Both the position numbers and the translations under genes were made by a program. A model generated the notes under the pieces. That model was not told where the DNA came from and searched no databases. It saw nothing but the letters and a program-made list of their open reading frames with translations. A stretch of DNA of 64,000 nucleotides, taken from positions 29,056 through 93,055 of the forward strand of contig JBBRTB010000016.1 of NCBI GenBank assembly GCA_038244815.1, written 5' to 3'. This DNA is from Thermoanaerobaculia bacterium (GTDB lineage Bacteria > Acidobacteriota > Thermoanaerobaculia > Gp7-AA8). This document shows positions 19,900 to 29,258 of this stretch, one piece after another (position 1 is the stretch's first letter; the number at the start of each line of letters is the position of its first letter).

Positions 19900-19930
19900 T
19901 TGACAATATCGTTTAAACATCGCATATTAA
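19900..19930 (+). promoter_or_regulatory. Sigma70-like promoter inside a local AT-rich island
   Basis: TTGACA at 19900-19905. A -10-like CATATT/TATTAA follows 17-19 nt later. The context is AT-rich in an otherwise GC-rich genome. Confidence 0.35.
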
Positions 19931-20118
19931 TGCCAACAAAATGATGATCGCCAGAAACTGGTCGATACAAGCAGCGACTGTAGATGGTCATCAGCATCGC
20001 TCTCTCCAGGTTTTTTCCCCCCTCACATCGCATACACAAGTTGCCGGAGCGATCCGGTGCTTTTTGCCAAGTAGGCGCGACCGGGAGGTCCCGTACGGCA
20101 TGAAAGGTGGTGAGCTCG

Positions 20119-20178
20119 ATGGCCGCGAAGAAGAAAGCTGCTAAGAAGTCCAGCAAGAAGTCGTCGAAGAAACGCTAA
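20119..20178 (+). CDS. Tiny polybasic peptide ORF (MAAKKKAAKKSSKKSSKKR, 19 aa)
   Basis: An AAGGTGG Shine-Dalgarno sequence lies 9 nt upstream of the ATG. A TAA stop is followed 30 nt later by an intrinsic terminator. The ORF is below the size cutoff of the supplied ORF track. Confidence 0.35.
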   Translation: MAAKKKAAKKSSKKSSKKR

Positions 20179-20207
20179 GATCATCACCATAATCTGGGGA
20201 GTCTTCC

Positions 20208-20240
20208 GAGGGGCCCGTTAAGGGCCCTTCGTTTTTTCTC
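20208..20240 (+). terminator. Rho-independent terminator
   Basis: GAGGGGCCC-GTTAA-GGGCCCTTC hairpin followed by GTTTTTTCTC. Confidence 0.5.
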
Positions 20241-20256
20241 TCGTACAATCGCACTG

Positions 20257-22161
20257 GTGACTCCCCGATCACTTCGCGGCGCGATTGCCGGCCTTCTCTG
20301 CACCGCACTGATCGCCGCGGTCTCTGTGAGCAACGAGACCTATTTCGGCGCTGAGTGGCTGCTGCGCGATTGGATCTCCGCCCGCCTGGCTGTACATCGC
20401 CAACCGGACCCACGCATCGTCCTCGTGCCCATCAGCGATTCCGCCGCGCGCGTACTCGCCGACTATGGGCGACCGCAGAGCTACACGCGCGAGCTGTACG
20501 CCATGGCCATCGAAGAGCTCCGCCGTGCCGGTGCCGTCGTGATCGCAGTCGACCTCCTGCTCGCCGAAGAAAACGTGGCCGATCCCGCGGGCGACCGCCG
20601 CCTCGCCGAGGTCCTGCGCACCACACCTGCGATTCTCGGTGCCGAGACGATGGCTCCCAACGAGCGCGCCGCAGCTTCCGCGCTGGCACCCGATCTCGTC
20701 TGGTCCATCCGCGGCGAAACGCAACTCCAGCCGAAACACGCCATCCTCCCGCGCTTTCCCGCCCCGATCGGCACGATGCGCATCGCCTCGTCACCGTTCT
20801 CCGCGAACGTGCACACCTATCCGATGGTCGATCGCGTCACCAACGGCTTCGTGCCGAGCCTGGCCGCGGAGATGGCCCGGCAGTTTCTGCACGCGCGCCC
20901 TGAAGCGTCCGTCGAAGGCTCCTCCTTCGTCTTCGACAGCCGCTCCGTTCCCGTCGATGACCATCTGACGATGGTGATCCGCTGGCACGGGGGAGCGGGC
21001 TCCAGCCAGGGGCTGAGCTACAAGGCCGTCGACTTCGACAAGGTGATCGTGGCGGCGATGGCGCGCAACGATCCGTCGGCCGGCGTCAGCCCCGAAACTT
21101 TGGCCCGGTTCGAAGAGCAGTTCCGCGGCAAGCTCGTGCTCATCGGGCAGACCGCGGTGGGCCTCGATCTGCGCGCCACGCCGCTCTCGCCCACCGCCGC
21201 CGGCGTGGAGATCCACGCCAACGCTGTGGACAATCTGATCAACGGCCACTTCGACGCCGTGGTCGATCGCTGGCTGGTCTTCCCGCTCATCGCCATCATG
21301 GCGGCGCTTCTCGGCGCGCTGCTCGACCGGATCCGCGGCCAGCTCGCCGCCGCCGCGGTGACGATCCTGTTCGTCGCCGCCGCACTGGGCGTCCTCTACG
21401 CCTCGGCAGGCGGAGGGCACATCCTGCCGGCCTTCGCTTCGATCGCGTCGCTGGTGGCGACCTACATCGTGCTCACGGTCATCAACCTCATCTCCGAACA
21501 GAGGCAGACCGCGCTGCTGCGCACGACCTTCGGGCGCTACGTCTCTCCGCAGATTCTCGACCACATCCTCGCCCATCCCGAGAAAGTGCATCTCGGCGGC
21601 GAACGGCGCGATCTGACCATTCTCTTCTCCGACATCCGCGGCTTCACATCGATCTCCGAGGCCTCAGAGCCCGAGGAGGTCGTGGAGATGCTGAACGAAT
21701 ATCTGACCCGGATGGTGGAGATCCTGCTCGCCCACGGCGGCACGCTGGACAAATTCATCGGCGACGCCGTGATGGGGTTCTGGAACGCCCCGGTCCTCGA
21801 TTCCGATCACCCCCGGCATGCCGTGGCCTGCGCCATCGAGATGATCCGCGAGACCGCCGCGCTGCGCGAGCGCTGGACAGCCGTGGGAAAGGCGGCCATC
21901 CGCATCGGCATCGGCATCAACACCGGCGAGGCGGTGGTCGGAAACATCGGCGCCGAGAAGGTGTTCGGCTATACCGTGATCGGCGACGCCGTCAACCTGG
22001 CTTCGAGGCTGGAGAGCAAGAACAAGGACTATTCGACGGAGATCATTATCAGCGAGTTCACCCGGGCGAGAATTGGAGACGCGGTCGAGTCGTTTTACCT
22101 CGACGAGGTCAAAGTGAAGGGTAAAGAAAAGGCGGTCAAGATCTATGAAGTCCGTGGCTAG
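20257..22161 (+). CDS. CHASE2-domain class III adenylate/guanylate cyclase
   Basis: N-terminal periplasmic CHASE2-like region, TM segments, and a C-terminal cyclase domain (FSDIRGFT...FIGDAVM...GDAVNLASRLE). GTG start. Confidence 0.8.
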   Translation: MTPRSLRGAIAGLLCTALIAAVSVSNETYFGAEWLLRDWISARLAVHRQPDPRIVLVPISDSAARVLADYGRPQSYTRELYAMAIEELRRAGAVVIAVDLLLAEENVADPAGDRRLAEVLRTTPAILGAETMAPNERAAASALAPDLVWSIRGETQLQPKHAILPRFPAPIGTMRIASSPFSANVHTYPMVDRVTNGFVPSLAAEMARQFLHARPEASVEGSSFVFDSRSVPVDDHLTMVIRWHGGAGSSQGLSYKAVDFDKVIVAAMARNDPSAGVSPETLARFEEQFRGKLVLIGQTAVGLDLRATPLSPTAAGVEIHANAVDNLINGHFDAVVDRWLVFPLIAIMAALLGALLDRIRGQLAAAAVTILFVAAALGVLYASAGGGHILPAFASIASLVATYIVLTVINLISEQRQTALLRTTFGRYVSPQILDHILAHPEKVHLGGERRDLTILFSDIRGFTSISEASEPEEVVEMLNEYLTRMVEILLAHGGTLDKFIGDAVMGFWNAPVLDSDHPRHAVACAIEMIRETAALRERWTAVGKAAIRIGIGINTGEAVVGNIGAEKVFGYTVIGDAVNLASRLESKNKDYSTEIIISEFTRARIGDAVESFYLDEVKVKGKEKAVKIYEVRG

Positions 22162-22909
22162 CTGCATATTGTTGCTCGCCAGCGCGACCATGCTGCACGC
22201 GTCGCCGGCACTCTTCAGTCCCGGATCCGAGTCGAGATGGATCGTAACGCGCGGCTCGTCGCCGGCCGGCACGCTCACCGTCCTCACCGGCTCCACGGGA
22301 ACCCGCGCCGAGCTCCGCTCTCCATCAGGCTCCCTCACCACACTCCTCGGCGGCAACGGGAGCGTGTGGATGCGCACGAGCAGCGGCGATGTCGAACTGT
22401 CGTCACTCAGCGCCGCGACTCCGGAAACAACCGTAGCGGCGGCACTGCTCCTGCCGTTCACGACCACCAAAGGCGATACCGTGGAAACGAAGAAGGGCAA
22501 GGTGGCCACGTACGCGTTCCGCGGAGCTGCCGCCCGCTACACGTTCGACGGGAAGGGTCCGGCAAAGGTCGAAGTCGACCTCGGCGGCACGCCATACACG
22601 CTGACGCGCAAATCGCTGTCGAGCACCTCGGCCGACGCCTCGACTTTCGCGATCCGGCCGAAGAAAGGCACCGCCTCCCGGCTGGCCCGCCTCTCCGGCG
22701 ATCTCCTCGGACCCACGGATACGAGCGTGTCGGCGACGGCTGGTGGTAGAGGCGCAGGGAACACCGGACTCAAACTCAAGGACGGCGGCGACTACGCCGC
22801 CGTAGAGAAGCTCGAAAAGCGCGACACGGCCTGGAAAGCAAAACTCGATCAGGCTCTGACCGATTTTCAGCAGTCGGGCAAAGTCGGCAAAGCGCGGGAG
22901 GATCGGTGA
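22145..22909 (+). CDS. Secreted hypothetical protein
   Basis: Signal peptide. Rich in Ser, Thr and Gly. Overlaps the neighbouring starts and stops. Confidence 0.45.
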   Translation: MKSVASCILLLASATMLHASPALFSPGSESRWIVTRGSSPAGTLTVLTGSTGTRAELRSPSGSLTTLLGGNGSVWMRTSSGDVELSSLSAATPETTVAAALLLPFTTTKGDTVETKKGKVATYAFRGAAARYTFDGKGPAKVEVDLGGTPYTLTRKSLSSTSADASTFAIRPKKGTASRLARLSGDLLGPTDTSVSATAGGRGAGNTGLKLKDGGDYAAVEKLEKRDTAWKAKLDQALTDFQQSGKVGKAREDR

Positions 22910-23751
22910 TGAAGAGACTCACAGGCATCGCCACGGCCCTGGCGCTGACGGTCGCAGCATCGGCACAGGCGCAGTTCGGCGACATCCTCAAAAGACTCGA
23001 CCCCAGCAAGATCAAGAAAGGGGCACAAGTCGTCCATCAGGCTTCACACGAATTCACCGAGGATGAGGAGGCGGACATCGGACGGGTCGTGGCCGCGCGC
23101 ATCCTGGCGACGTATCCGATGGCAGGCAACGACAAGGTGCAGAAGTACGTGACACTGGTCGGCAACACCGTGGCGGCGTACAGCACGCGCCCCACGCTGG
23201 AGTGGCACTTCGCCGTCATCGAGGCACCCTTCGTCAACGCCTTTTCGGCGCCGGGCGGCTTCGTGTTCGTCACCACCGATGCGCTCAAGCAGATGCATTC
23301 CGAAGCGGAGCTCGCCGCCGTCCTCGGCCACGAGATCGCACACGTGACACAGAAGCACATTCTCAAAGAGGTCAAACGCGCCAACACCATCAATGCCGGA
23401 GTCGATCTGGCCAAAGCGAGCTCGGGCGGCTCGTTCCTGACCGACGAGATGGGCGAGAAGATCGGCAAGATCGCGTACGAGAAGCTGTTCACAACCGGTC
23501 TGTCCCGCCGCGACGAGGAGGAAGCGGACACGATCGGCACCGAGATCGCCGGCCAGGCGGGCTACAAGGCCAGCGAGTTCCTGACCTTCCTCGAGGATCT
23601 CAAGAAGCTCGAAGGCTCGAAAGAAACGAGCATGCTGACGGCGACGCATCCGAGTCCGGACGACCGGATGAAGTACCTCCGCCCGAAGCTCAGGAACGAC
23701 AACGGCGGCGTGGTCCTGGCGGAACGCTGGGTCGAGTGGACGCGGTCCTGA
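22906..23751 (+). CDS. M48-family zinc metalloprotease (signal peptide present)
   Basis: HEIAHVTQKH HExxH motif with a downstream E. 281 aa. Confidence 0.75.
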   Translation: MMKRLTGIATALALTVAASAQAQFGDILKRLDPSKIKKGAQVVHQASHEFTEDEEADIGRVVAARILATYPMAGNDKVQKYVTLVGNTVAAYSTRPTLEWHFAVIEAPFVNAFSAPGGFVFVTTDALKQMHSEAELAAVLGHEIAHVTQKHILKEVKRANTINAGVDLAKASSGGSFLTDEMGEKIGKIAYEKLFTTGLSRRDEEEADTIGTEIAGQAGYKASEFLTFLEDLKKLEGSKETSMLTATHPSPDDRMKYLRPKLRNDNGGVVLAERWVEWTRS

Positions 23752-23756
23752 TCGTC

Positions 23757-24422
23757 ATGCGCAAGACCACGCTCGCACTGATCTTTCTGTTGGCCACCGC
23801 CCTCCCCGCGGCCGCGGAGCAGGTGCGTCACACGTTTCAGTCGTCGGTCGCGCGCGGCGACGTACAGCGCGTGATCATCGATGTGCCCGCCGCGGATGTC
23901 GGCATCCGCAACGGTGCCGGCGACAAACTGGCGGTATCGGGATGGGTCTCCCGCGATCCGGACAGCGACCGCAACCGCGACAAGGAGCAACGCATCGTTG
24001 ACGACACATCGGTCGTGATCGAGGTGAAGAACGGCGAGGCCACGGTCCGCCGCCAGTTCGGACCACAGGCGCAGAGCTGGCGCGCCGGCATGTTCAGCAA
24101 CTACCACGTGACGGTGGAAGTGCCGCGCGGTCTGAACATCGACGTGCAGACGCGGTACGGCGACGTCACCATCGAGGGAAGCTTCGGCGACATCGACGTC
24201 GACCTGCGTGCCGGTGACATCGATGTGCGCATCCCGAAAAAGGACGTGCGCCAGCTCAACGCCTCGGCACGCATCGGCGATGTACGTACGCGGATCGGCG
24301 ACGAGATCGTGCAGCGCGAAGGGGTGTTCCCCGGCAAGACGCGATACGCGAACCCCGAGGGACGCACGATCGTGAACGTGCACGTGACCGCCGGCGACGT
24401 CAACGTGGATTTGACGCCGTAG
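23757..24422 (+). CDS. Secreted beta-rich protein (DUF4097-like putative adhesin fold)
   Basis: Signal peptide. Repeated GDV/IDV strand motifs (GDVTIEGSFGDIDVDLRAGDIDV). Confidence 0.45.
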   Translation: MRKTTLALIFLLATALPAAAEQVRHTFQSSVARGDVQRVIIDVPAADVGIRNGAGDKLAVSGWVSRDPDSDRNRDKEQRIVDDTSVVIEVKNGEATVRRQFGPQAQSWRAGMFSNYHVTVEVPRGLNIDVQTRYGDVTIEGSFGDIDVDLRAGDIDVRIPKKDVRQLNASARIGDVRTRIGDEIVQREGVFPGKTRYANPEGRTIVNVHVTAGDVNVDLTP

Positions 24423-25446
24423 CCACGAAGCGCCTGGCCTCCTCTTTCGTCTTCACCTGGCCACGGATCTGCGCCTCGAGAAGTGCGCGCTTGCGCCGGC
24501 CCAGCTCCGGTCCTTCCTCGATGCCCATCTCTTCACCGGTGAGGAGAGTGCGAATGCCGAAGTCCGGCATCGTCACCCGGTCATCGCGGCCGAGGGCGCG
24601 AAGAACGGCCGGGAGTTGCCGCGCCACGAGCTCGCCGGAGTCATACAACGGCACGCGCAAGTCATCGCTCATCGCCAGCAATGACTGGAGAGCGGTGACC
24701 TCGCGCAGGAGCTCCGCGCTCCATCGCCATCGTTTCGCATATTGCTTGGGATGAGCGACGAGCAGCGCGTATGCGCCTGCCAGCGACACATCGTCCGTCG
24801 GCGCGGCCTGGAGCTCCCGCCCGAAGAGGGGAAGGTCGAGGCCCGTGGAGCGCAGCAGCGAAACGGCCTGGCGGAACCTTCCGGCCGAGAGAATGATCGA
24901 CAACTCGAACGTGATGCGCTCGGCGGCGACGGCGGTGAGCAGCGAGGCTCGGGTTCGGATCGCATCCACCGTGGACAGATCGATCTCGAATGCGTAGCGC
25001 ACCGCCATCCGCACGGCCTTGAGGCAGCGCAGCGGGTCGTCGTCGAAGTTCTCCGCGGCAATCATGCGCACCACGCCGTCGCGCAGGTCGTCCCGGCCGC
25101 CGTGCGGATCGAGCAGCGTGCCGTCACGCAGCGATACGGCCATGGCGTTGACGGTGAAGTCGCGCCTGGCCAGGTCCGCCCCGATGTCGTGATCGAGGAT
25201 CTCCGCGAAGTCGTAGACACGGTCACCCTCGACGACACGCCATGCGCTGAGGTGTTCGCCCGTGCCCAGCCGGATCACACGCCGGCTGATCGACTCCGCG
25301 CAGCGGCGCGGGTCGTCGCAGGCGATGTCGGCATCCGCGGGCTCGAGGTCCAGCAGCAGGTCGCGGACCGCACCGCCGACGACATAGCAATCCGGGGGGA
25401 GCGACGCCAGTCTGGTGAATCGTCGCACCAGCTCGTCACGCAACAT
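24400..25446 (-). CDS. cca: tRNA nucleotidyltransferase (CCA-adding) / poly(A) polymerase family
   Basis: N-terminal GGAVRD motif followed by a DxD segment of the polymerase-beta-type head domain. 348 aa. Confidence 0.65.
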   Translation of the reverse strand: MLRDELVRRFTRLASLPPDCYVVGGAVRDLLLDLEPADADIACDDPRRCAESISRRVIRLGTGEHLSAWRVVEGDRVYDFAEILDHDIGADLARRDFTVNAMAVSLRDGTLLDPHGGRDDLRDGVVRMIAAENFDDDPLRCLKAVRMAVRYAFEIDLSTVDAIRTRASLLTAVAAERITFELSIILSAGRFRQAVSLLRSTGLDLPLFGRELQAAPTDDVSLAGAYALLVAHPKQYAKRWRWSAELLREVTALQSLLAMSDDLRVPLYDSGELVARQLPAVLRALGRDDRVTMPDFGIRTLLTGEEMGIEEGPELGRRKRALLEAQIRGQVKTKEEARRFVATASNPR

Positions 25447-26098
25447 GATTGCGCAACGTGCCGATACCCTCGATCTCCACTTCCACTTCGTCGCCTTCGC
25501 CGAGCGGGCCCACGCCGGCCGGCGTTCCGGTGCAGATCACGTCGCCGGGGAGAAGGGTCATGACCGAGGAGATGAACTCGATGAGGAAGTCGCACTTGAA
25601 GATCATGTCGCGCGTGTTGCCATTCTGCTTGACCTCGCCGTTGACGCGCGTGATGAGACTGAGTGCCGAAGGATCGAGGTCGGTCTCGATTTCCGGCCCG
25701 ATCGGGCAGAAGGTGTCGAAGCTCTTGGCGCGCGTGAACTGCACGTCCTTCTTCTGCAGATCGCGCGCGGTCACGTCGTTGGCGCACGTGAATCCGAGGA
25801 CGAAGTTGCGCCACTGGGCCCTGGGGACGTTGCGGGCGCGCTTGCCCATGACGATGGCCAGCTCGCCCTCGTAGTCGACGCGCTGCGATTGCGGCGGACG
25901 GACGATCGTTCCGCCGGGCGGAAGAATGGAAGTGGGCGGCTTGAGGAAGATGATCGGCTCGCTGGGAGCGTCGTTGCCGAGCTCTCTGGCATGCTCTGCG
26001 TAATTCCGGCCCACGCAGACGATCTTGCTCGGGGCCACGACCGCGGCCGGATCGGCCGGAGTGGACGCTTCATCGACGAAACGCGCCAGCTTCATCAT
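25436..26098 (-). CDS. Fumarylacetoacetate hydrolase (FAH) family protein
   Basis: Start taken at [19 protein letters not shown] and [12 protein letters not shown] motifs. Confidence 0.7.
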   Translation of the reverse strand: MMKLARFVDEASTPADPAAVVAPSKIVCVGRNYAEHARELGNDAPSEPIIFLKPPTSILPPGGTIVRPPQSQRVDYEGELAIVMGKRARNVPRAQWRNFVLGFTCANDVTARDLQKKDVQFTRAKSFDTFCPIGPEIETDLDPSALSLITRVNGEVKQNGNTRDMIFKCDFLIEFISSVMTLLPGDVICTGTPAGVGPLGEGDEVEVEIEGIGTLRNHVA

Positions 26099-26121
26099 GC
26101 CTACGTTATCATTCGCGGCCG

Positions 26122-26640
26122 ATGGCACAGACGACATTGTTCTCGCGCGACGAGATCCAGACGCGCGTCGCCGAGATGGCCAAGCAGATCAGCGGCGATT
26201 TCGGCGACGGCTCCGAGCTCATCGCGCTCTGCGTCCTCAAGGGTGCGGTCTTCTTCTGCACCGACCTCGTCCGCAACATGTCCATCGACGTAGCGCTCGA
26301 CTTCATCCAGATCTCCAGCTACGGAAACCAGAAATACTCCTCCGGCGTGGTGACGATCCTCAAAGAACCGCAACTGGACATGCGCGGCAAGTCCGTGCTC
26401 ATCGTCGAAGACATCATCGACAGCGGCCTGTCCATGCGCGAGGTGTTCAACTACATCGAGAGCCGCGGCGCTGCGAAAGTGAAGACAGCGACCTTCCTGG
26501 ATAAGCCCAAAGCCCGCAGGGTGCCGTTCAACGCCGACTACGTCGGCTTCTCGATCGAGCCGCAGTTCGTCGTCGGCTACGGCCTCGACTTCGCCGAGAA
26601 GTACCGCAACATCCCCGAGGTGCAGGTGCTGTCGGACTGA
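26122..26640 (+). CDS. hpt: Hypoxanthine phosphoribosyltransferase
   Basis: [17 protein letters not shown]-binding motif. 172 aa. Confidence 0.85.
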   Translation: MAQTTLFSRDEIQTRVAEMAKQISGDFGDGSELIALCVLKGAVFFCTDLVRNMSIDVALDFIQISSYGNQKYSSGVVTILKEPQLDMRGKSVLIVEDIIDSGLSMREVFNYIESRGAAKVKTATFLDKPKARRVPFNADYVGFSIEPQFVVGYGLDFAEKYRNIPEVQVLSD

Positions 26641-26670
26641 GCCTTCCCGTCCGGCATTCCGGGCGGCCCT

Positions 26671-27498
26671 TCAGGATGAGATGCGGCCGCTGGCGAGCAG
26701 CACGATCATCAGCAGCCCCAGCGCGTACCGGTAGTAGATGAACACCGACGTCGTATGCGTGCGCAGGTAGCGGATCAGGAACCAGATCGACGCGTAGCCG
26801 GAGATGAATGCCACGGCGATGGCGACGATAATCGGCGTCCATCCCAGCGCCGCCAGATGGGCGCGCTCGTGAACGAGCTCCAGCATGCCCGCGCCGCCGA
26901 CGGCGGGAATGCTCAGCAGAAACGAGTAACGCGCGGCCGTCGGGCGATCGATCTTCCGGAACAGCGCAGCCATGATCGTCGAGCCACTGCGCGAGGAGCC
27001 GGGGATCAGCGCCAGACACTGGCCGAGACCGATGGCCACGCCGTCGGGCACGCGCATGGCGTCGAAGCCCTTCAACTCTTTTCGCCTGACATACAGCTCG
27101 GCCAGCTGCAGCAGGACCGCCACCACGATCACCATCACCGTGATCACCCACAGCCCGCGAAACACCGACTCGACGTACTTCTTCAGCAGCAGCCCCAGAA
27201 CGACGATGGGAATCGTGCCGATGACGACCAGCCAGGCCTCGCGTGAATCGGTGTCGGTGAGCGGGTGCCGGTTCACCAGTCCGCGGAAGAACCCGGCCAC
27301 GAGCCGGATGATGTCACCCCGGAAATAGATGATCGCCGCGAACCAGGTCCCGAACTGGATGACCGCCGACGCCGCCGCGCCGGGATCGCCCCAGCCCAGA
27401 AGCACCGGAATGATCTCGAGATGAGCGGTGGATGAAACGGGGATGAATTCTGTCAGGCCCTGGACCAGACCGAGAACAATCGCTTGGATGATGGACAT
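26671..27498 (-). CDS. uppP: Undecaprenyl-diphosphatase
   Basis: BacA/UppP family. Motifs GLTEFIPVSSTAHL and PGSSRSGSTI. Confidence 0.85.
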   Translation of the reverse strand: MSIIQAIVLGLVQGLTEFIPVSSTAHLEIIPVLLGWGDPGAAASAVIQFGTWFAAIIYFRGDIIRLVAGFFRGLVNRHPLTDTDSREAWLVVIGTIPIVVLGLLLKKYVESVFRGLWVITVMVIVVAVLLQLAELYVRRKELKGFDAMRVPDGVAIGLGQCLALIPGSSRSGSTIMAALFRKIDRPTAARYSFLLSIPAVGGAGMLELVHERAHLAALGWTPIIVAIAVAFISGYASIWFLIRYLRTHTTSVFIYYRYALGLLMIVLLASGRISS

Positions 27499-27520
27499 AG
27501 TAAATCCGAGATTCAGCCTC

Positions 27521-29197
27521 TCACATCTCCCAGATGACCGGCAGGATCAGCGGACGCCGTCCCATGGTCTTGCGGAAGTACCGCTTGAGCAGCGTCCGCA
27601 TTTTCTCCTGAAGCACGTCGGAGTCGCGCAACCCGTCGGTGGCACTTTCGGTAAGCATGCCAACAAGCTGCCGGCGCACTTCGTCCAGCACGTCCTGACT
27701 GGCGTCGACATGAACGAGGCCACGGGTGATGATCTCGGGGTCGCGGATCAGTCGTCCGCTCGAATCGATGGCGACGACGACGATGACGAAGCCATCCTCG
27801 GCCAGATGCTGGCGGTCGCGGACTACCACTTCCGGCACTTCCTCGGACTCCGCGTCGATAAAGACCTTGCCGTTCGCCACGCGCTCCTCGAGCACGCGCA
27901 CCTCGCCGGCGTCGATCTCCGCGACCTGCCCGTTGGTGATGACCACGCCGTGGGGCACGCCGACCGACTGGCCGAGACGGGCGTGATGAATGAGATGCCG
28001 CAGGGTGCCGTGAATGGGAACCAGGAACCTGGGCCTGGTCAGATTGAGCATCAGCTTCAGCTCCTCTTCGCAGGCGTGACCGGAGACATGCACGTCGGGA
28101 TGCTCGTGCGAGATCACCTCGGCACCGCGCCGGTAGAGATTGTCGATGACGTGGGCGATGGCCCGCTCGTTCCCGGGAATCGTGCGCGCGGAGATCACCA
28201 CCGTGTCCCCTTCCCCGATGACGATCTGCTTGTGCTCGCCGATGGCCATCCGCGATAACGCCGACGCCGGCTCGCCCTGTGTGCCTGTGGTCATGATGAC
28301 CAGTTTTCGGGGCTCGAGATCGGCCGAGCTGGCGCGCGCCTCGCGCGGGAACCTCAGGTAGCCGAGTCGCTCCGCGGTCTCGATGTTGTCGACGAGCGAG
28401 CGTCCGATCAGGAGAACCTTGCGGTTGTGCCGCCGTGCCGTGTCGATGACTTGCTGGACGCGGTGAATGTGCGACGCGAACGTGGTGGCGATGATGCGCC
28501 CATTGGCGTTCGCAAAAATCCGGTCGAGGGCGCCCCCGACGGTGCGCTCGGACGGGCAATGTCCGGCCACGAGGGCATTCGTCGAGTCGCTCATCAGCGC
28601 CAGCACCCCGCGCTCACCGTATTCGGCAAACCTGGCGATGTCGGTTGGTTTGGCATCGATCGGCGTGTGATCGATCTTGAAGTCGCCCGTGTGGACGATC
28701 GTGCCCGCCGGCGTGGTGATGGCCAGGCCGATAGCGTCGACGATCGAATGCGTGACACGGATGGCTTCGATGCGGAACGGCCCCGTCTCGACGACTTCAC
28801 GCGGCATGATCTCGCGCAGGTCGATGCCTTCGATGCCGAACTCCTCGAGCTTGTCGCGCACGAAGCCGAGCGTCAGCGGCATTCCGTAGACCGGCAGCGG
28901 AACACGCTCCACGAGGAACGGCAACGCCCCGATATGGTCCTCGTGACCGTGGGTCAGAAAAACGGCCCGGAACTTCACGGCGTTGTCGTAGATGTACGAC
29001 ATGTCCGGCACGATCACATCGACGCCGAGCGTGGCCGAGTCGGGGAACATCATGCCGCAGTCGACGACGATGGCTTCGCCGCCGTACTCGTAGATCATGC
29101 AGTTCATGCCGATCTCGCCGAGTCCGCCTAACGGGATGATTCTCAGAGGCGCCGGTTTGCCGGGTTGCCCGGTTTCTTGTGTGTAGGAATCCGACAT
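27521..29197 (-). CDS. rnj: Ribonuclease J (metallo-beta-lactamase / beta-CASP)
   Basis: Start taken at MSDSYTQ. HGHEDHIG metal-binding motif. About 558 aa. Confidence 0.85.
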   Translation of the reverse strand: MSDSYTQETGQPGKPAPLRIIPLGGLGEIGMNCMIYEYGGEAIVVDCGMMFPDSATLGVDVIVPDMSYIYDNAVKFRAVFLTHGHEDHIGALPFLVERVPLPVYGMPLTLGFVRDKLEEFGIEGIDLREIMPREVVETGPFRIEAIRVTHSIVDAIGLAITTPAGTIVHTGDFKIDHTPIDAKPTDIARFAEYGERGVLALMSDSTNALVAGHCPSERTVGGALDRIFANANGRIIATTFASHIHRVQQVIDTARRHNRKVLLIGRSLVDNIETAERLGYLRFPREARASSADLEPRKLVIMTTGTQGEPASALSRMAIGEHKQIVIGEGDTVVISARTIPGNERAIAHVIDNLYRRGAEVISHEHPDVHVSGHACEEELKLMLNLTRPRFLVPIHGTLRHLIHHARLGQSVGVPHGVVITNGQVAEIDAGEVRVLEERVANGKVFIDAESEEVPEVVVRDRQHLAEDGFVIVVVAIDSSGRLIRDPEIITRGLVHVDASQDVLDEVRRQLVGMLTESATDGLRDSDVLQEKMRTLLKRYFRKTMGRRPLILPVIWEM

Positions 29198-29242
29198 TGT
29201 CTTAGACCCGGCTACCCGGCAACCCGATAACCCGGCAACCCG
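29151..29242. repeat. Imperfect inverted octamer arrays (GGGTTGCC-type vs ACCCGGCA-type) bracketing the rnj start codon
   Basis: Direct reading. TTGCCGGGTT at 29157-29166 lies inside the first rnj codons. AACCCGGCAA occurs twice at 29213-29238 in the 5' leader. The rnj start codon (29195-29197) lies between them. Confidence 0.5.
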
Positions 29243-29258
29243 TTCACGCAGCAACCGG

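Noticed and set aside
26640-26671. Short GC hairpin between convergent hpt and uppP as a terminator
   Set aside because: The stem is short and imperfect, and there is no flanking T- or A-tract. It is too weak to call.
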